Assembly: GCA_009914755.4 (NCBI GenBank)
Contig: CP086569.2
Location: 21,888,001 to 21,952,000, forward strand
DNA length: 64,000 nucleotides
Direction: 5' to 3'
DNA from: the human T2T-CHM13v2.0 reference genome, Homo sapiens
Part shown: one piece after another, positions 1 through 15,269 of the stretch
Numbering within the stretch: position 1 is the stretch's first letter
Layout: every line of letters starts with the position of its first letter
Notes under the pieces: model-generated
What the model was told of the DNA's origin: nothing
The model's input: the letters and a program-made list of their open reading frames with translations, nothing else
Databases searched by the model: none
Program-made: the position numbers and the translations under genes

Positions 1-1724
1 AAAATTTATATTCCCATGCCATCTTATAATGTTTTACTAAAAACATATTTACTTTCCTTGTACACATTGCATGTAAATTTACTTTCAGTAGTCTCAGTTA
101 TATGTTATAATGGTAACTCTTAGCAATTTTTAATTTTGATGTAAAACCTGATAAGTTACTTTAAGTATGTAGTAGATGCAGATAAGGCCAGACTATTTCC
201 AGCATAGTTAGGGTGTTGTTAACTTCATATGTCCCCAGGCCTTACCCAAACTGTAAAGAAAACAAGTTAAAAATTTTCAAAAGACAAAGAAGCCCCTTTG
301 ACCTCAAAGCACTTAGCAAACCTAGTTTCTGACCTGCATAATTTATACCACATGTGCACATTATGAGACATTCTTATTTTACCGATAATCTTAAATTCAA
401 AGATCAAAGTCATATGAGCTAAAAGCATTATAGCTTTATTTTCTTTAAAAATATTTTATTTAGGTTATTATTTTCTCCTTAAGCCAATCAATTAAAACTC
501 ATTTTAATATAAACATTATACATAGAACACACATATAACTACACAAACAGACAAGAGATAATACAGTCATTGCAAGACCTTTTTTTTATTGCCAATCTCC
601 TGAATGGACTACTGGTTACAGGGTGGATCTCTCCAAGAAACAAAAGCTGATTTTGAGAGGAATCTTCTCCTTTTAATTTCTGGGGTTCTGGAGTTCTATG
701 AAAAACACCCTCATGTGGCACCCTTTTGTCCAAAACTTTGGTTTGAAAACCTAAAAGGCAAAGCTGAATCTGAGTGACCCAGAGGCAGATGATGGTGTAG
801 GCCTCGGGCCACTTTCGTGGAACAAGAGGGACCAGGGAGATCTTTACTTTGAGGTAAAAGCAGGAGGATTAATGAGTGCACTCAGATGCAGTGGACTTAA
901 CATCCAAACACTGGGCCCAGAACAAAGACAGCACTTGACTTTTACATACATTTTAAAAGGGGGTGTGGGCTAGCTTGCAGTAGGCTTACAGTGGCATGAA
1001 AGCAAGCATACAGAAACAGAACAAAGACAGTTAATCAAATTGTGACAGTTTCATAACTCAGAATTACACATGACAGTTCCTAGGGAGAGAAAAGAAGTTT
1101 TGAAATTGGGGAACTGCCAAAAAAAACCCACCTGTACCCTCACATGGAAAAACTACGTTGAATCCTGACATGGTGGAGGAAAAAAGCACTTAACTGCAGG
1201 GGTGCTCTTCCAAGGCAGCCCCCTTTTTAGCAGCAGTCAGTATTTGATTAAAAGGTAATATAACATTCTTTCCAGGAGAGTTCAAATACTTAGATTAAAT
1301 TCTGGAAGGCTTCCATATACCTGTCAAGGTCATCTGAAAACTTGTTGAGTTCACACCTAATTTGCCTTAAGTCATATAGAGTAAAGGAGACCTTGATTTT
1401 AGTGGGTCCATATTCACCAGACATCTGTTGTAGGGACAGAAGACAAAGACCTGCCTAAAATGAGAATTTCTAGAATGGAACAAATTTGAGAGAAAACCTG
1501 AATAGGAAGGAATGGAGAGAGTTGACTACCCCACTGAAGGTACCTCTTGGGTTTGCTTCCCTAAGTCCCTGAATTTTTCCCTTGCAGCCTCTCCTGATGT
1601 GGCCACCAGGAGGGCCAAATTAATCCTACAATGTTGGCAAAGGTCTAGATAACCCTGCAAGGTAAAGAAAGTCTGCACGTATGGGATCTTGGACCATTTG
1701 CCTTCACATTTACAGAGAAAGTCC

Positions 1725-1890
1725 AGCTTCAGGATGGTATTTAAATTAATGCTTTTTTCCTGAGGTCTTACTTCTTTTCTGTGCCTGAAGGTGCTTGGCA
1801 ATATAGCTGCAGGATGGTATTGAAATTAATGCTTTTTTTCTTGAGGCCATGCTTCTTATCTGTGTCTGAAGGTGCTTGGAAAAATTTGAC
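1725..1890 (+). repeat. Local ~82-bp tandem duplication of two diverged copies; mirrored at about 48300-48460 in the right arm
   Basis: The sequence caggatggtatttaaattaatgctttttt...ctgaaggtgcttgg occurs twice in tandem. Confidence 0.6.
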
Positions 1891-2095
1891 AACCAAGGAA
1901 ATGACAAGAAAGTTTTCACCACAAACTTATGTATAAATACCAAGAAACACTTTTTTTAATCTGTGCTACTCTTAACCTTCCATTTTCTACTCCTGATGAC
2001 TAAACCAAATTCTCATTCTATCGGGTAATGTACCTGTGGTTTGCAACAACATTCTTAAGATTGTAGGTAGAGAAGAAAATCACAGCCACAGCAGT

Positions 2096-2226
2096 CAAGG
2101 AAGGAAAGAACGAAGGAAGGAAGGAAGGAAGAAGGTAGGAAGGAAAGAAGGAAGGAAGGAAGGAAGGAAGAAGGAAGGAAGGAAGGAAGGAAGGAAGGAA
2201 GGAAGGAAGGAGGGAAGGAAGAAAAT
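2096..2226 (+). repeat. (GGAA)n microsatellite
   Basis: Read directly. It is translated in the ORF track as GRKEGRKEG... (2036..2260) and in antisense as LPSFLPSF.... The mirrored copy is (TTCC)n at about 47957-48093 and is 12 bp (three units) shorter. Confidence 0.95.
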
Positions 2227-2949
2227 GGAGGGTGGGAGGGAGGTTAATAAAAAAGGCTGAAGGCAACAAGAAGGTGAGAAGGGCTGTGACCCTCTGGGGA
2301 GGGCCAACACATTGTATCAACACATTGAGGGGCTGTTTACTGGAGTCAGTCAAGGTATGGCCTTGGCCAGATGTATTCAGTTGCCCTAATACCTTATTCT
2401 GATTCCACACAATGGCTAGAACTCTGTAAAGGTAAACTGATTTGAAAAAAAGAGAAAAAAGCCAACATTCCCAACACCTGAGGGTTATGGGGGATTAACA
2501 GTGTTTTCCTCAGCAAGCCTGTCCTCCCTGTCTTAAGTCAGGCAGCTTTGCCAGTTGCTTTTAACTGACAAACAGAGGACCTGTATTTTTCTTTTATTTT
2601 TGGCTATTGTGATGTTTAGGACAGAAAGCAACAAGTTTGCTTTTATTTGCCATTCTACAAATCCCAGATGAGTCTGCCAAAGGATTTTTGGAGTGTTGCT
2701 TTATCATCTAGAAATCTCCGTGACTGGTGGTACCTTCTGCCTGAGTATCACTCAGGTACCTTCTGCCTGAGTATCACTCATGCCACTTGGCTTGTTCTGC
2801 CCATTAAGCCCAGCAGGCTGTGCTTAAGTTGCACTGCTGGCCCAGATTCCACACCTGCTACATCAATCCAGCCATGAAGTGGCAAGGGATATGTAAGTGA
2901 GCACACATGGGGTCCTGCTGTGGCAGGACAGGCAGCTCCTGGTGCTGGC

Positions 2950-4230
2950 ACATGTGCCAGCTCTGTGCAAGGCTGTAGCTACATGTATTTACATGTAGTT
3001 ACATGTATACTGCATGTAACTTTCACTGTGGGCACCCACGTTTAGACAAGGGGAACATGGCCACCAAAAGCTTGGAGATGCCAGAAACCACAGAGGCCAA
3101 AGAGATTTTACAGCCCTGGCTTGTGAAGACCCTTGGTCTGGGCTTCCCAGAGGGCCACCTATTTTCTCACCTTCTTGTTACCTGCAACATGGTGAGTGGA
3201 AGTGGATGTGTTTTAGTCATTTATGTTACAGCCGTTTTAATCCCACCACTCAGCGGGTCCCAGGTTCTTGTCCTGCATCCAGGAAGAGTAAGTAATGAGA
3301 ATAACTGGAGAGTGAGCAAGGCAGTGAGGAGATTCACTGAGTAATGGAACAACTCTCCAGAGACCTGAAATGGATAGTTTCTTTCAGCAGGCAGGTCATC
3401 CTGACAGGTGTCCAGCTCTCAGCAGAGAGGAGACCCACAATATGTATATCCTTTTGGTGGGCATATTGTCCCAATGTCTGTTCTAGTCTGGTGGAGTCTG
3501 GGGTTTTTATGGGCTCAGCATGGAGAAAGTGCATGCTGACTGGTCCATGGATGGTCATGGGTGGGCCCAGAAAAAGCATCATAAGTTCTCACTCTGGGTT
3601 GCTGACTCCACCCAAAGTTTATAAGTAAGCCCAACCCCCCACTTCAGGCTGTTCCTTGTTTGAAGGTGGAGTTTCACGGGAGATCCACTCCTTTCCACCC
3701 AGTAACCCGTCTGCCTCCCATCATGAACATACCATTCCCGCCATGCAGGCTGTTCATGCCAACAGGTGCTTGTAGACCCACACCAAGCTGCCCTTAGCCT
3801 CCCTGGACTCTCTCTCATGCTTGTCAGTGCCCAAAGTTTGGAGGGTGTTAAGGCTACAAGAGTCTAGCATGTCAGCACCACCCTGTGTGTGCAAACTTGG
3901 CCAGGTTATAATGGCACCCAGCCGCAGCCACAATTTTCCTCCAAAATCAGAGCAGACACCAGGAGTGGAGAAATGCCAGACAGTGGGAGCAGGCCCTACT
4001 GAACCTGCAGGAAAAAAGAGGGAAACCCTCATCCCTCAAGAGTACCTGGATTCCTGGATCTGGATCTGTGGCTGGACAGCTGCAGCTGTGCCCAGGAGCA
4101 TGGGACTTCCACCCCTCTAACTTGGTAAAAGGTGAGGTTCCCACATATCCTTGGCTCTCACTGGCTCCATGAAGCATGCAACCCCTGCCATACATCCTCA
4201 TGAAGCTGGTGCCTTCACATAAACAACACC
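2950..4230 (+). repeat. Unclassified low-copy segment 'X'; candidate old LTR or satellite-associated element
   Basis: Three copies in the window. Two are the identical arm copies at 2950-4230 and 45950-47240. The third is a ~70-75% identical copy at 58140-59400. Example of the homology: catgcactttctccatgctgagcccataaaaaccccagactc versus catgcactttctcctttctgagcccataaacaccccagactc. No coding signal. Confidence 0.5.
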
Positions 4231-4254
4231 ACATGGGCCACCACTGCCATCACT

Positions 4255-5605
4255 GGGTCCAGCAATATCTCACAACATCCCCTGAGTGGAGGGACCATGC
4301 AGATAGGTCACATTACCTAGGTAAACTCCTTACAGATATGACACAATGTCCTCCCTGGATAGGACCCAGAAAGAGGAGGAGAGTCACATATCTTAGGGGC
4401 TGGACCCAGCTCTATGCCACATTTTCCCACATGGGTGTGGCCCAGGCATGAGATGAGAATCATATAACCTATGTGCTAGGGTTGGCAATATGTCACAATA
4501 CTCCCTGAGTAAAGGGCTCAGGCATGAGAGCCACATCACCTAGGTGAAGGCTCAGAGATATGTCACTATGTACTCTGTGGGCAGGGCTTAATAAGAAACG
4601 GACAGTCACATATCCTAGGGGCTAGGCCAAACAACACGTTATGATCCCCACTGTGAACAAGTCCTAAAAAGGAAATGAGAGTCATACCATCTAGGAAATG
4701 ACCACACCAATAAGTGACAATGACCGCTGTGAGTAGGGACCAGGTGACATAGCACATCATCTGTGTGCAGGTCCCAGTGACAACTCATTGTCCTTTCCGT
4801 GGACATGGACTAAGCAACAGAGGAGAGTTGAATTATCTATCTAGGTGTTGGGCCAAGAGATATGTAACAATCTCTCCTATGGGGAAAGCCAAGTAAGAGA
4901 AAAGAGTTATGCCAAATAGTTTATGGGCCCAGGATATGTCACAATGCCCCATCTAAGCAGGGCCAGGCATCAGATTGACATTACCTTGGTGCTGAGCCCA
5001 CATATATGTCACATTGCAATCAGAGAATAGGTTCCAGAAACAAGAGTAATGGTACCTTTCAGTTGAGCCCAGTGATATGTCACTGTCTGTCCTTAGAACA
5101 GAACCTAGGAAGAAGTCACATCAGCTAGGTGTTTGGCCAAATATGTCACAATTTCCCCTAGGCAGAAGAAGACAGTCAGATCACCTGGGTGATGGGTGCA
5201 GAGCTATGCCATAATGCCCTCTGTATGCAGGGTTCAGGCAGGAGGGTTATATTGTCTCAGAGCTGGACCAAGCAATATGACACAGTGGCCCATGGTGGCA
5301 AGACCAGGCAGGAGACTTACATTATCTGGGTGTGGAATGCAGAGATATGTCAAAATTCCACCAGTGAAGAGCACCAAGGCAGGAGAGGAGACTCATATCA
5401 ACTAAAGAGTAAGCCCAGTGGTATGTCACAATGTCCTTTGTGGGCAATACCAACGAATAAAAACAGAGTCACATCCCCGAAGTGCTGGGCTCAGCGATTT
5501 GAAGCAAAACCATCTGTGGGCTTAGCCCACACAGGACACTCAAATCACTAAGGTGCTAGACAGAAGCATGTCACAATGGTACCTGCAGGAGGCTTTAAGT
5601 GATGG
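4255..5605 (+). repeat. Beta-satellite-like tandem array, ~68-70 bp monomer, about 20 monomers
   Basis: Periodic recurrence every ~68-70 bp of motifs such as cagagatatgtcacaatgcccc, gtcacatcacctaggtg, atatgtcacaattt and ggcaggag. My recollection of the Sau3A 68-bp beta satellite is that it has an ATATGTCACAATGCCCC-type core. The family assignment is from memory, not a database search. Confidence 0.65.
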
Positions 5606-6045
5606 TACTAATGATCCCACAAATGTCTTGATTTCATGCATGAGGGTGAATTTTCTTGTATGTTGGATCTAAGTATACTAGTCACAATCTCAATAGTGGA
5701 CTTAATCTGGCCATAAAAGCCTCAACCTCTCCTGCAGACTTTGTCTCCTTCAGGGAGCCACAGCCACACACAGCACACACAGTGTGCTGAATTTTTGTTT
5801 GAGGGTGACCAACCTAACCATGGACTGGAATGATGTATGAGAGTAAGTTTTTAAACTTTTGACTGCCTTTTGACTGCAAACTTTTGGCTGTTAGATATAA
5901 AACCTCATCAATGGGCCGCGTTCCCGTGGGAGAATGAAAATCTTTGCTGTTGGCTGGATGTGCATATGAATGCACAATTCCACCTGTGTGCTGGGTTCCA
6001 TAAACTTTCTACACTATCTGAAAGCTTTATACAATATAAATGAGA

Positions 6046-6383
<338 letters not shown>

Positions 6384-6693
6384 TTACTGGTATGGACACA
6401 TAAACTCAGCTGTGTCCAGCACAGATATGAGAGTCAACGTCTCTCCAATTGACTCGGTCCTCTCTCCAATTGACTTGGTCCAAATAAGAGGGTCTTTACC
6501 TGCCTGTGAGCTGGGTTTAGAAATAGGTTATATTTCAACTGTGGCTATATGTTCACATATGACAGTCACAGTTTTAACTGTGGACTCTTTCTGCATGTGA
6601 TATTCAGAACCCCCACAATGGATTGTGAGAATGACTATTATAATGCCAACTTTATCAGTTGGCAATGTGCAAACATAAGAAACCCGATTGTGG

Positions 6694-6818
6694 CCAGGTG
6701 CAGTGGCTCACATCTGTAATCTCAGCACTTTGGGAGGCTGAGGCTGGCAGAGCATCTGAGTTCAGGAGTTTGAGACCAGCCTGGCCAATATGGTAAAACC
6801 CCGCCTCTACTAAAAATC

Positions 6819-6866
<48 letters not shown>

Positions 6867-7040
6867 AGCCAGGCATTTTGGTGTATGGCTGCAATCCCAG
6901 CTACTTGCAAAGCTGAGGCAGGAGAATCACTTGCAACATGGGAGTCAGAGTTTGCAGTGACCTGAGGTCACACCATTGCACTCTAGCCTGGGTGATAAGA
7001 GTGAAACTCCATCTCAAAAAGGAAAAGAAAATAAAAGAAA
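6694..7040 (+). mobile_element. Alu with an expanded internal A-run of ~47 nt (6817-6863)
   Basis: The element reads ggccaggtgcagtggctcacatctgtaatctcagcactttgggaggctgagg ... poly(A) ... attagccaggc... Mirrored at 43168-43515(-), where the A/T run is 11 nt shorter. Confidence 0.9.
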
Positions 7041-7244
7041 AAACACAATCTCAACTACGCACCAGGATTCATGATGACACTCTCTGTACCAAATAAGAAC
7101 TTTATACTACGTACTAGAGAGTGGTAATCTTCTATGACCTTCATATATACATGCTCTCTGGTTATTTTCCAGACTTGTTGACCTCTCTTCATAGTGTTAT
7201 TGGTCTCCATATTTCCATTTTCTTTCCTCAGTGGCTGATACTGA

Positions 7245-7583
7245 TTAATCAGTAATCTCAGAACCTGTTTGGCATGTAGCATGCAGCATATGAGAATAAG
7301 TGTCTATTGTCAGTTCTGGGTCTAGCGTACCTTTAACTGTAGCAGTTTCTATGTGACCGACTACATTTACAACATAAGCTGAATTACAGACAATGTTGGT
7401 AGGATCTGCAGCTGTGAGCTGTAAAATCTGAATGACTGCAGTTAGCACTGAGAATTGAGCTGAAGCCCCAGAGGGCATTATTGTTTGAGTATGTTTAGGT
7501 CCATAGAGAGTGGCACGACCTTTAGAAGAGCCATCAGTAAAATAAGTCTGTCCACCTGGAATAGGCTTGTGATGAGTAATCAC
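7245..7583 (-). pseudogene. Retroviral RNase H domain remnant (ERVK pol)
   Basis: The translation PIPGGQTYFTDGSSKGRATLYGPKHTQTIMPSGASAQFSVLTAVIQILQL...NIVCNSAYVVNVVGHIETATVKG follows the betaretroviral RNase H pattern FTDGSS.GKA.Y.GPK....P..SAQ..EL.AV..VLQ...NI..DSAYVV....ETA.IK. Confidence 0.7.
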
Positions 7584-7787
7584 AGGAAGAATGAAAGAAT
7601 GGAATTCATAAAACTACAAAATTTTGTCTGAGGGATAATGAAAGCAAAGGTTTCTGCAGGTGTAGCTGGGAGGCATGCCATTGCTAAAGCATTTGTTCTA
7701 CAAGCTGCAACTCCAAATTCTGCCTCTTTGGCCAACTGCCATGGGAAATTTAGTGAAGAGTCTCCTGGCAGGGTTTAACCTTTCTTT

Positions 7788-8198
7788 CCAGTTATTGATA
7801 TTGGGTTAGGGTTTCCTTGTAGGAATTTCTCTAAATATTTTCCACTCTGATGTCCCATGTCCTTCAACATTTTAAATCCTAGGTTATCAAAGTTTTCATT
7901 TGTAAGTCTCATATCCCATGCTGTAAGTAAGTCTTGACCCCATAAATTGATAGCTATATTTGCAACATAAGGCTGAAAAGTACACCATTGTCCGTCTGGA
8001 CCAGGAAAAGGTAAAATCTCAGCACTCTGTTAAACACTTTGAGCTGTTCCTACTCCCGCTAAGGATGTAGAAGTTAATTGTAATGGCCAGGATGGGGGCC
8101 GATTGTCTTTAGATATTATTGACACATCAACTCCCGTATCCATAAGCCCCCAAATTTATTTCCTTTAATTTGCACTACACAGGTGGGCCTATCAGAGG
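7788..8198 (-). pseudogene. Retroviral aspartic protease remnant (ERVK pro); mirror of 42010-42420
   Basis: The right-arm translation GLMDTGVDVSIISKDNRPPSWPLQLTSTSLAGVGTAQSV...VANIAINLWGQDLLTAWDM has the DTG active site and resembles HERV-K protease (LIDTGADVTII...WP...L.G.GQS...NLWGRDLL). Confidence 0.65.
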
Positions 8199-8347
8199 CT
8201 ATCGGTTGGGATGGATAGATTTCCCATGTAGTTGTGCTGCTAAACCGTTTATTCTCTTGTTTCTCCTTTCATGGAGGAGGGTGTAATTTGCAGGGAATAA
8301 ACAATAATTGAGCAACATATTCTCCTGGTTCAAAAACCCAAAGATCT

Positions 8348-8940
8348 TGTTGTTGTACCCAAGCGAGTTAGAGGAACACCACACTTTGAGACAAATTTAA
8401 GAGTCCTTTATTAGCCAGTGAGAGAGAGACGGCTAACGTTTGGAATTCTCTTGGCCCCGAGGAAAAGGCTTGCTTTTCCTTTATACTTTGGTTTAGGAAG
8501 GGGAGGGGAGCTCAGTTGCAACAATTCTACAGAAGTGAAAACATGCGAAAAACTTAAAAAGACAAATGGTTACAGGGAAGACAACAGTTCCAGGTGCAGG
8601 GGCTCTAAATCTATCATAAGATGTTAGGTATGGGGGCTCTGCCAGACAGAAACTCAAGGCGTTATGGTGTTATCTCTTGAGCAAAATCCTGGGAACTTTG
8701 TACATTGCTTGCTTCAGTACCTTATCAGTTAATTGGACTCTTTGATATGTTGAGAGTCAGCTTACACAAGTGAACTCCTTGAGGAAGGGGGTGGGTAAGG
8801 AGTCCTTGACGTCTTGTAAATGAAGGAGCCAAATGGAGTTCATCAGGCTTTCTCAGTCAAGGGAGAGCTTATACATGTGGAAACAAGGCTAGGTGATTAA
8901 GGGAGAAAGGGAGAGTCTAAAAGCAAGGTTAGTAAAAACA
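8348..8940 (-). mobile_element. Solo-LTR-like insertion inside ERVK pro (mirror of 41268-41860); family not identified
   Basis: The right-arm copy begins tgtttttact and ends gggtaca. It has a TATA-like motif (gtataaagg, ~41713) and AATAAA (~41787). It sits in a ~700-bp gap that should be ~40 aa between dUTPase and protease. Confidence 0.4.
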
Positions 8941-10054
8941 AGGTTAGGTATTACACTATAATCAGCAATATAATTGTCAAGTAACATAATCAGTTAGGTA
9001 AGATTGTTAATGTTATGCTAGCATAATATTGATAGTGACAAAATCTTGAATTTAAAAATGTCAAAATCTTTCAATTTTTTTGAAGGGAAGACTTGCAATG
9101 CACCCTTAAAGTGAGATGTAACTTTTTTCTTATAGAAAAGTTAAAACAGGGTGGAGGAGCCAAGATGGCCAAATAGGAACAACTCCAGTCTACAGCTCCC
9201 AGCGTGAGTGATGCAGAAGATGGGTGATTTCTGCATTTCCATCTGAGGTACCGGGTTCATCTCACTAGGGAGTGCCAGACAGTGGGCACAGGTCAGTGGG
9301 TGCATACACTATTTGTGAGCCGAAGCAGGGCGAGGCATTGCCTCACTTGGGAAGCGCAAGGGGTCAGAGAGTTCCCTTTCCTAGTCAAAGAAAGGAGTGA
9401 TAGACAGCACCTGGAAAATCGGTCACTCCCACCCAAATACTGCACTTTTCCAAAGGGCTTAAAAAACGGCCCACCAGGAAATTATATCCCCAACATGGCT
9501 GGGAGGATCCTATACCCACGGAGTCTCTCTGCTTGCTAGCACAGCAGTATGAGATCAAACTGCAAGACAGCAGCGAGGCTGGGGGAGGGATGCCCGCCGT
9601 TGCCCAGGCTTGCTTAGGTAAACAAAGCAGCAGGGAAGCCCGAACTGGGTGGAGCCAACCACAGCTCAAGGAGGCCTGCCTGCCTCTGTAGGCTCCACCT
9701 CTGGGGGCAGGGCACAGACAAACAAAAAGACAGCAGTAACCTCTGCAGACTTAAATGGCGCTGTCTGACAGCTTTGAAGAGAGCAGTGGTTCTCCCAGCA
9801 TGAAGGTGGAGATCAGAGAATGCGCAGACTGCCTCCTCAAGTGAGTTCCTGACCCCGGACCCCGAGCAGCCTAACTGGGATGCACCCCCCAGCAGGGGCA
9901 GACTGACGCCACATGTGGTGGGGTACTCCAAGGGACCTGCAACTGAGGGTCCTGTCTGTTAGAAGGAAAACTAACAAACAGAAAGGACATCCACACCAAA
10001 AACCCATCTGTACATCACCATCATCAAAGACCAAATGTAGATAAAACCATGAAG

Positions 10055-11072
10055 ATGGGGAAAAAAACAGAACAGAAAAACTGGAAACTCTAAAATGCAG
10101 AGCAACTCTCCTCCTCTAAAGGAGTGCAGTTCCTCACCAGCAATGGAACAAAGCTCAACAAAGAATGACTTTGACGAGCTGAGAGAAGAAATGTTCAGAT
10201 GATCAAACTACTCTGAGCTATGGAAGGACATTCAAACCAAAGGCAAAGAAGTTGAAAACTTTGAAAAAAATTCAGAAGAATGTACAACTAGAATAACCAA
10301 TACAGAGAAGTTCTTAAAGGAGCTGATGGAGCTGAAAACCAAGGCTCCAGAACTACTAGAAGAATGCAGAAGCCTCAGGAGCCAATGCGATCAACTGGAA
10401 GAAAGGGTATCAGCGATGGAAGATGAAATGAATGAAAGGAAGTGAGAAGGGAAGTTTAGAGAAAAAAGAATAGAAAGAAATGAGCAAAGCCTCCAAGAAA
10501 TATGGGACTATGTGAAAAGACCAAATCTATGTCTGATTGGTGTACCTGAAAGTGATGGGGAGAATGGAACCAAGTTGGAAAACACTCTGCAGGATATTAT
10601 CCAGGAGAACTTCCCCAATCTAGCAAGGCAGGCCAACGTTCAGATTCAGGAAATACAGAGAACGCCACAAAGATACTCCTCGAGAAGAGCAACTCCAAGA
10701 CACATAATTGTCAGATGCACCAAAGTTGAAAAGAAGGAAAAAATGTTAAGGGCAGCCAGAGAGAAAGGTCGGGTTACCCTCAAAGGGAAGCCCATCAGAC
10801 TAACAGCGGATCTCTCGGCAGAAACCCTACAAGCCAGAAGAGAGTGGGGGTCAATATTCAACATTCTTAAAGAAAAGAATTCTCAACCCAGAATTTCATA
10901 TCCAGCCAAACTAAGCTTCATAAGTGAAGGAGAAGTAAAATACTTTACAGACAAGCAAATGCTGAGAGATTTTGTCACCACCAGGCCTGCCCTAAAAGAG
11001 CTCCTGAAGGAAGTGCTAAACATGGAAAGGAACAACCGCTACCAGCCACTGCAAAATCATGCCAAAATGTAA
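10055..11072 (+). pseudogene. L1 ORF1p remnant with a premature stop
   Basis: Its translation matches L1 ORF1p: ...RPNLCLIGVPESDGENGTKLENTLQDIIQENFPNLARQANVQIQEIQRTPQRYSSRRATPRHIIVR... Confidence 0.9.
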
Positions 11073-11135
11073 AGACCATCGAGACTAGGAAGAAACTGCA
11101 TCAACTAACGAGCAAAATAACCAGCTAACATCGTA

Positions 11136-14970
<3,835 letters not shown>

Positions 14971-15269
14971 AACAATGAGAACACATGGACACAGGAAGGG
15001 GAACATCACACTCTGGGGACTGTTGTGTGGTGGGGGGAGGGGGGAGGGATGGCATTGGGAGATATACCTAATGCTAGATGATGAGTTAATGGGTGCAGCG
15101 CACCAGCAAGGCACATGTATACATATGTAACTAACCTGCACATTGTGCACATGTACCCTAAAACTTAAAGTATAATTATAACAAATTAAAAAAGGAAAAG
15201 TTAAAACAATGAGTGTATTTGGTTCAATAAATATATCTTTCTGTATTTTATAATTTTATTTAAAAATAT

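Larger units (their letters stand above)
7045..8955 (-). mobile_element. ERVK-type (class II, betaretrovirus-like) internal fragment; inverted partial copy in the left arm, ending at the palindrome boundary
   Basis: Identical-protein mirror of right-arm 41254-43160. It carries RNase H and protease remnants, described in the two following entries. Confidence 0.75.

Noticed and set aside
2036..2410. ORFs 2036..2260 (GRKEGRKEG...), 2018..2410 and 2095..2310 (LPSFLPSF...), and their right-arm twins
   Set aside because: They are translations of the (GGAA)n/(TTCC)n microsatellite in different frames, not proteins.
3003..4451. Cluster of 90-120-aa ORFs in segment X (for example 3003..3344 and 3344..3628) as a possible gene
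   Set aside because: No codon-usage signal or recognisable domain. The diverged paralog at 58140-59400 does not preserve the frames, so these look like chance ORFs in GC-rich repeat sequence. The ...caacatggtgagtgg motif looks like an ATG followed by a splice donor, but that alone is not evidence.
4255..5605. Tandem arrays as CRISPR, or any prokaryotic defence or operon system
   Set aside because: The window is unmistakably primate (Alu, L1PA, HERV-H, HERV9). The periodic arrays are satellites with degenerate units, not short direct repeats with unique spacers. No prokaryotic gene organisation is present.
10646..10864. Conserved antisense ORF inside L1 ORF1, identical in both L1s (also 52492..52710)
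   Set aside because: Identity is explained by the gene-conversion tract. It is antisense to ORF1 and has no known function. L1 ORF0 lies in the 5' UTR, not here.
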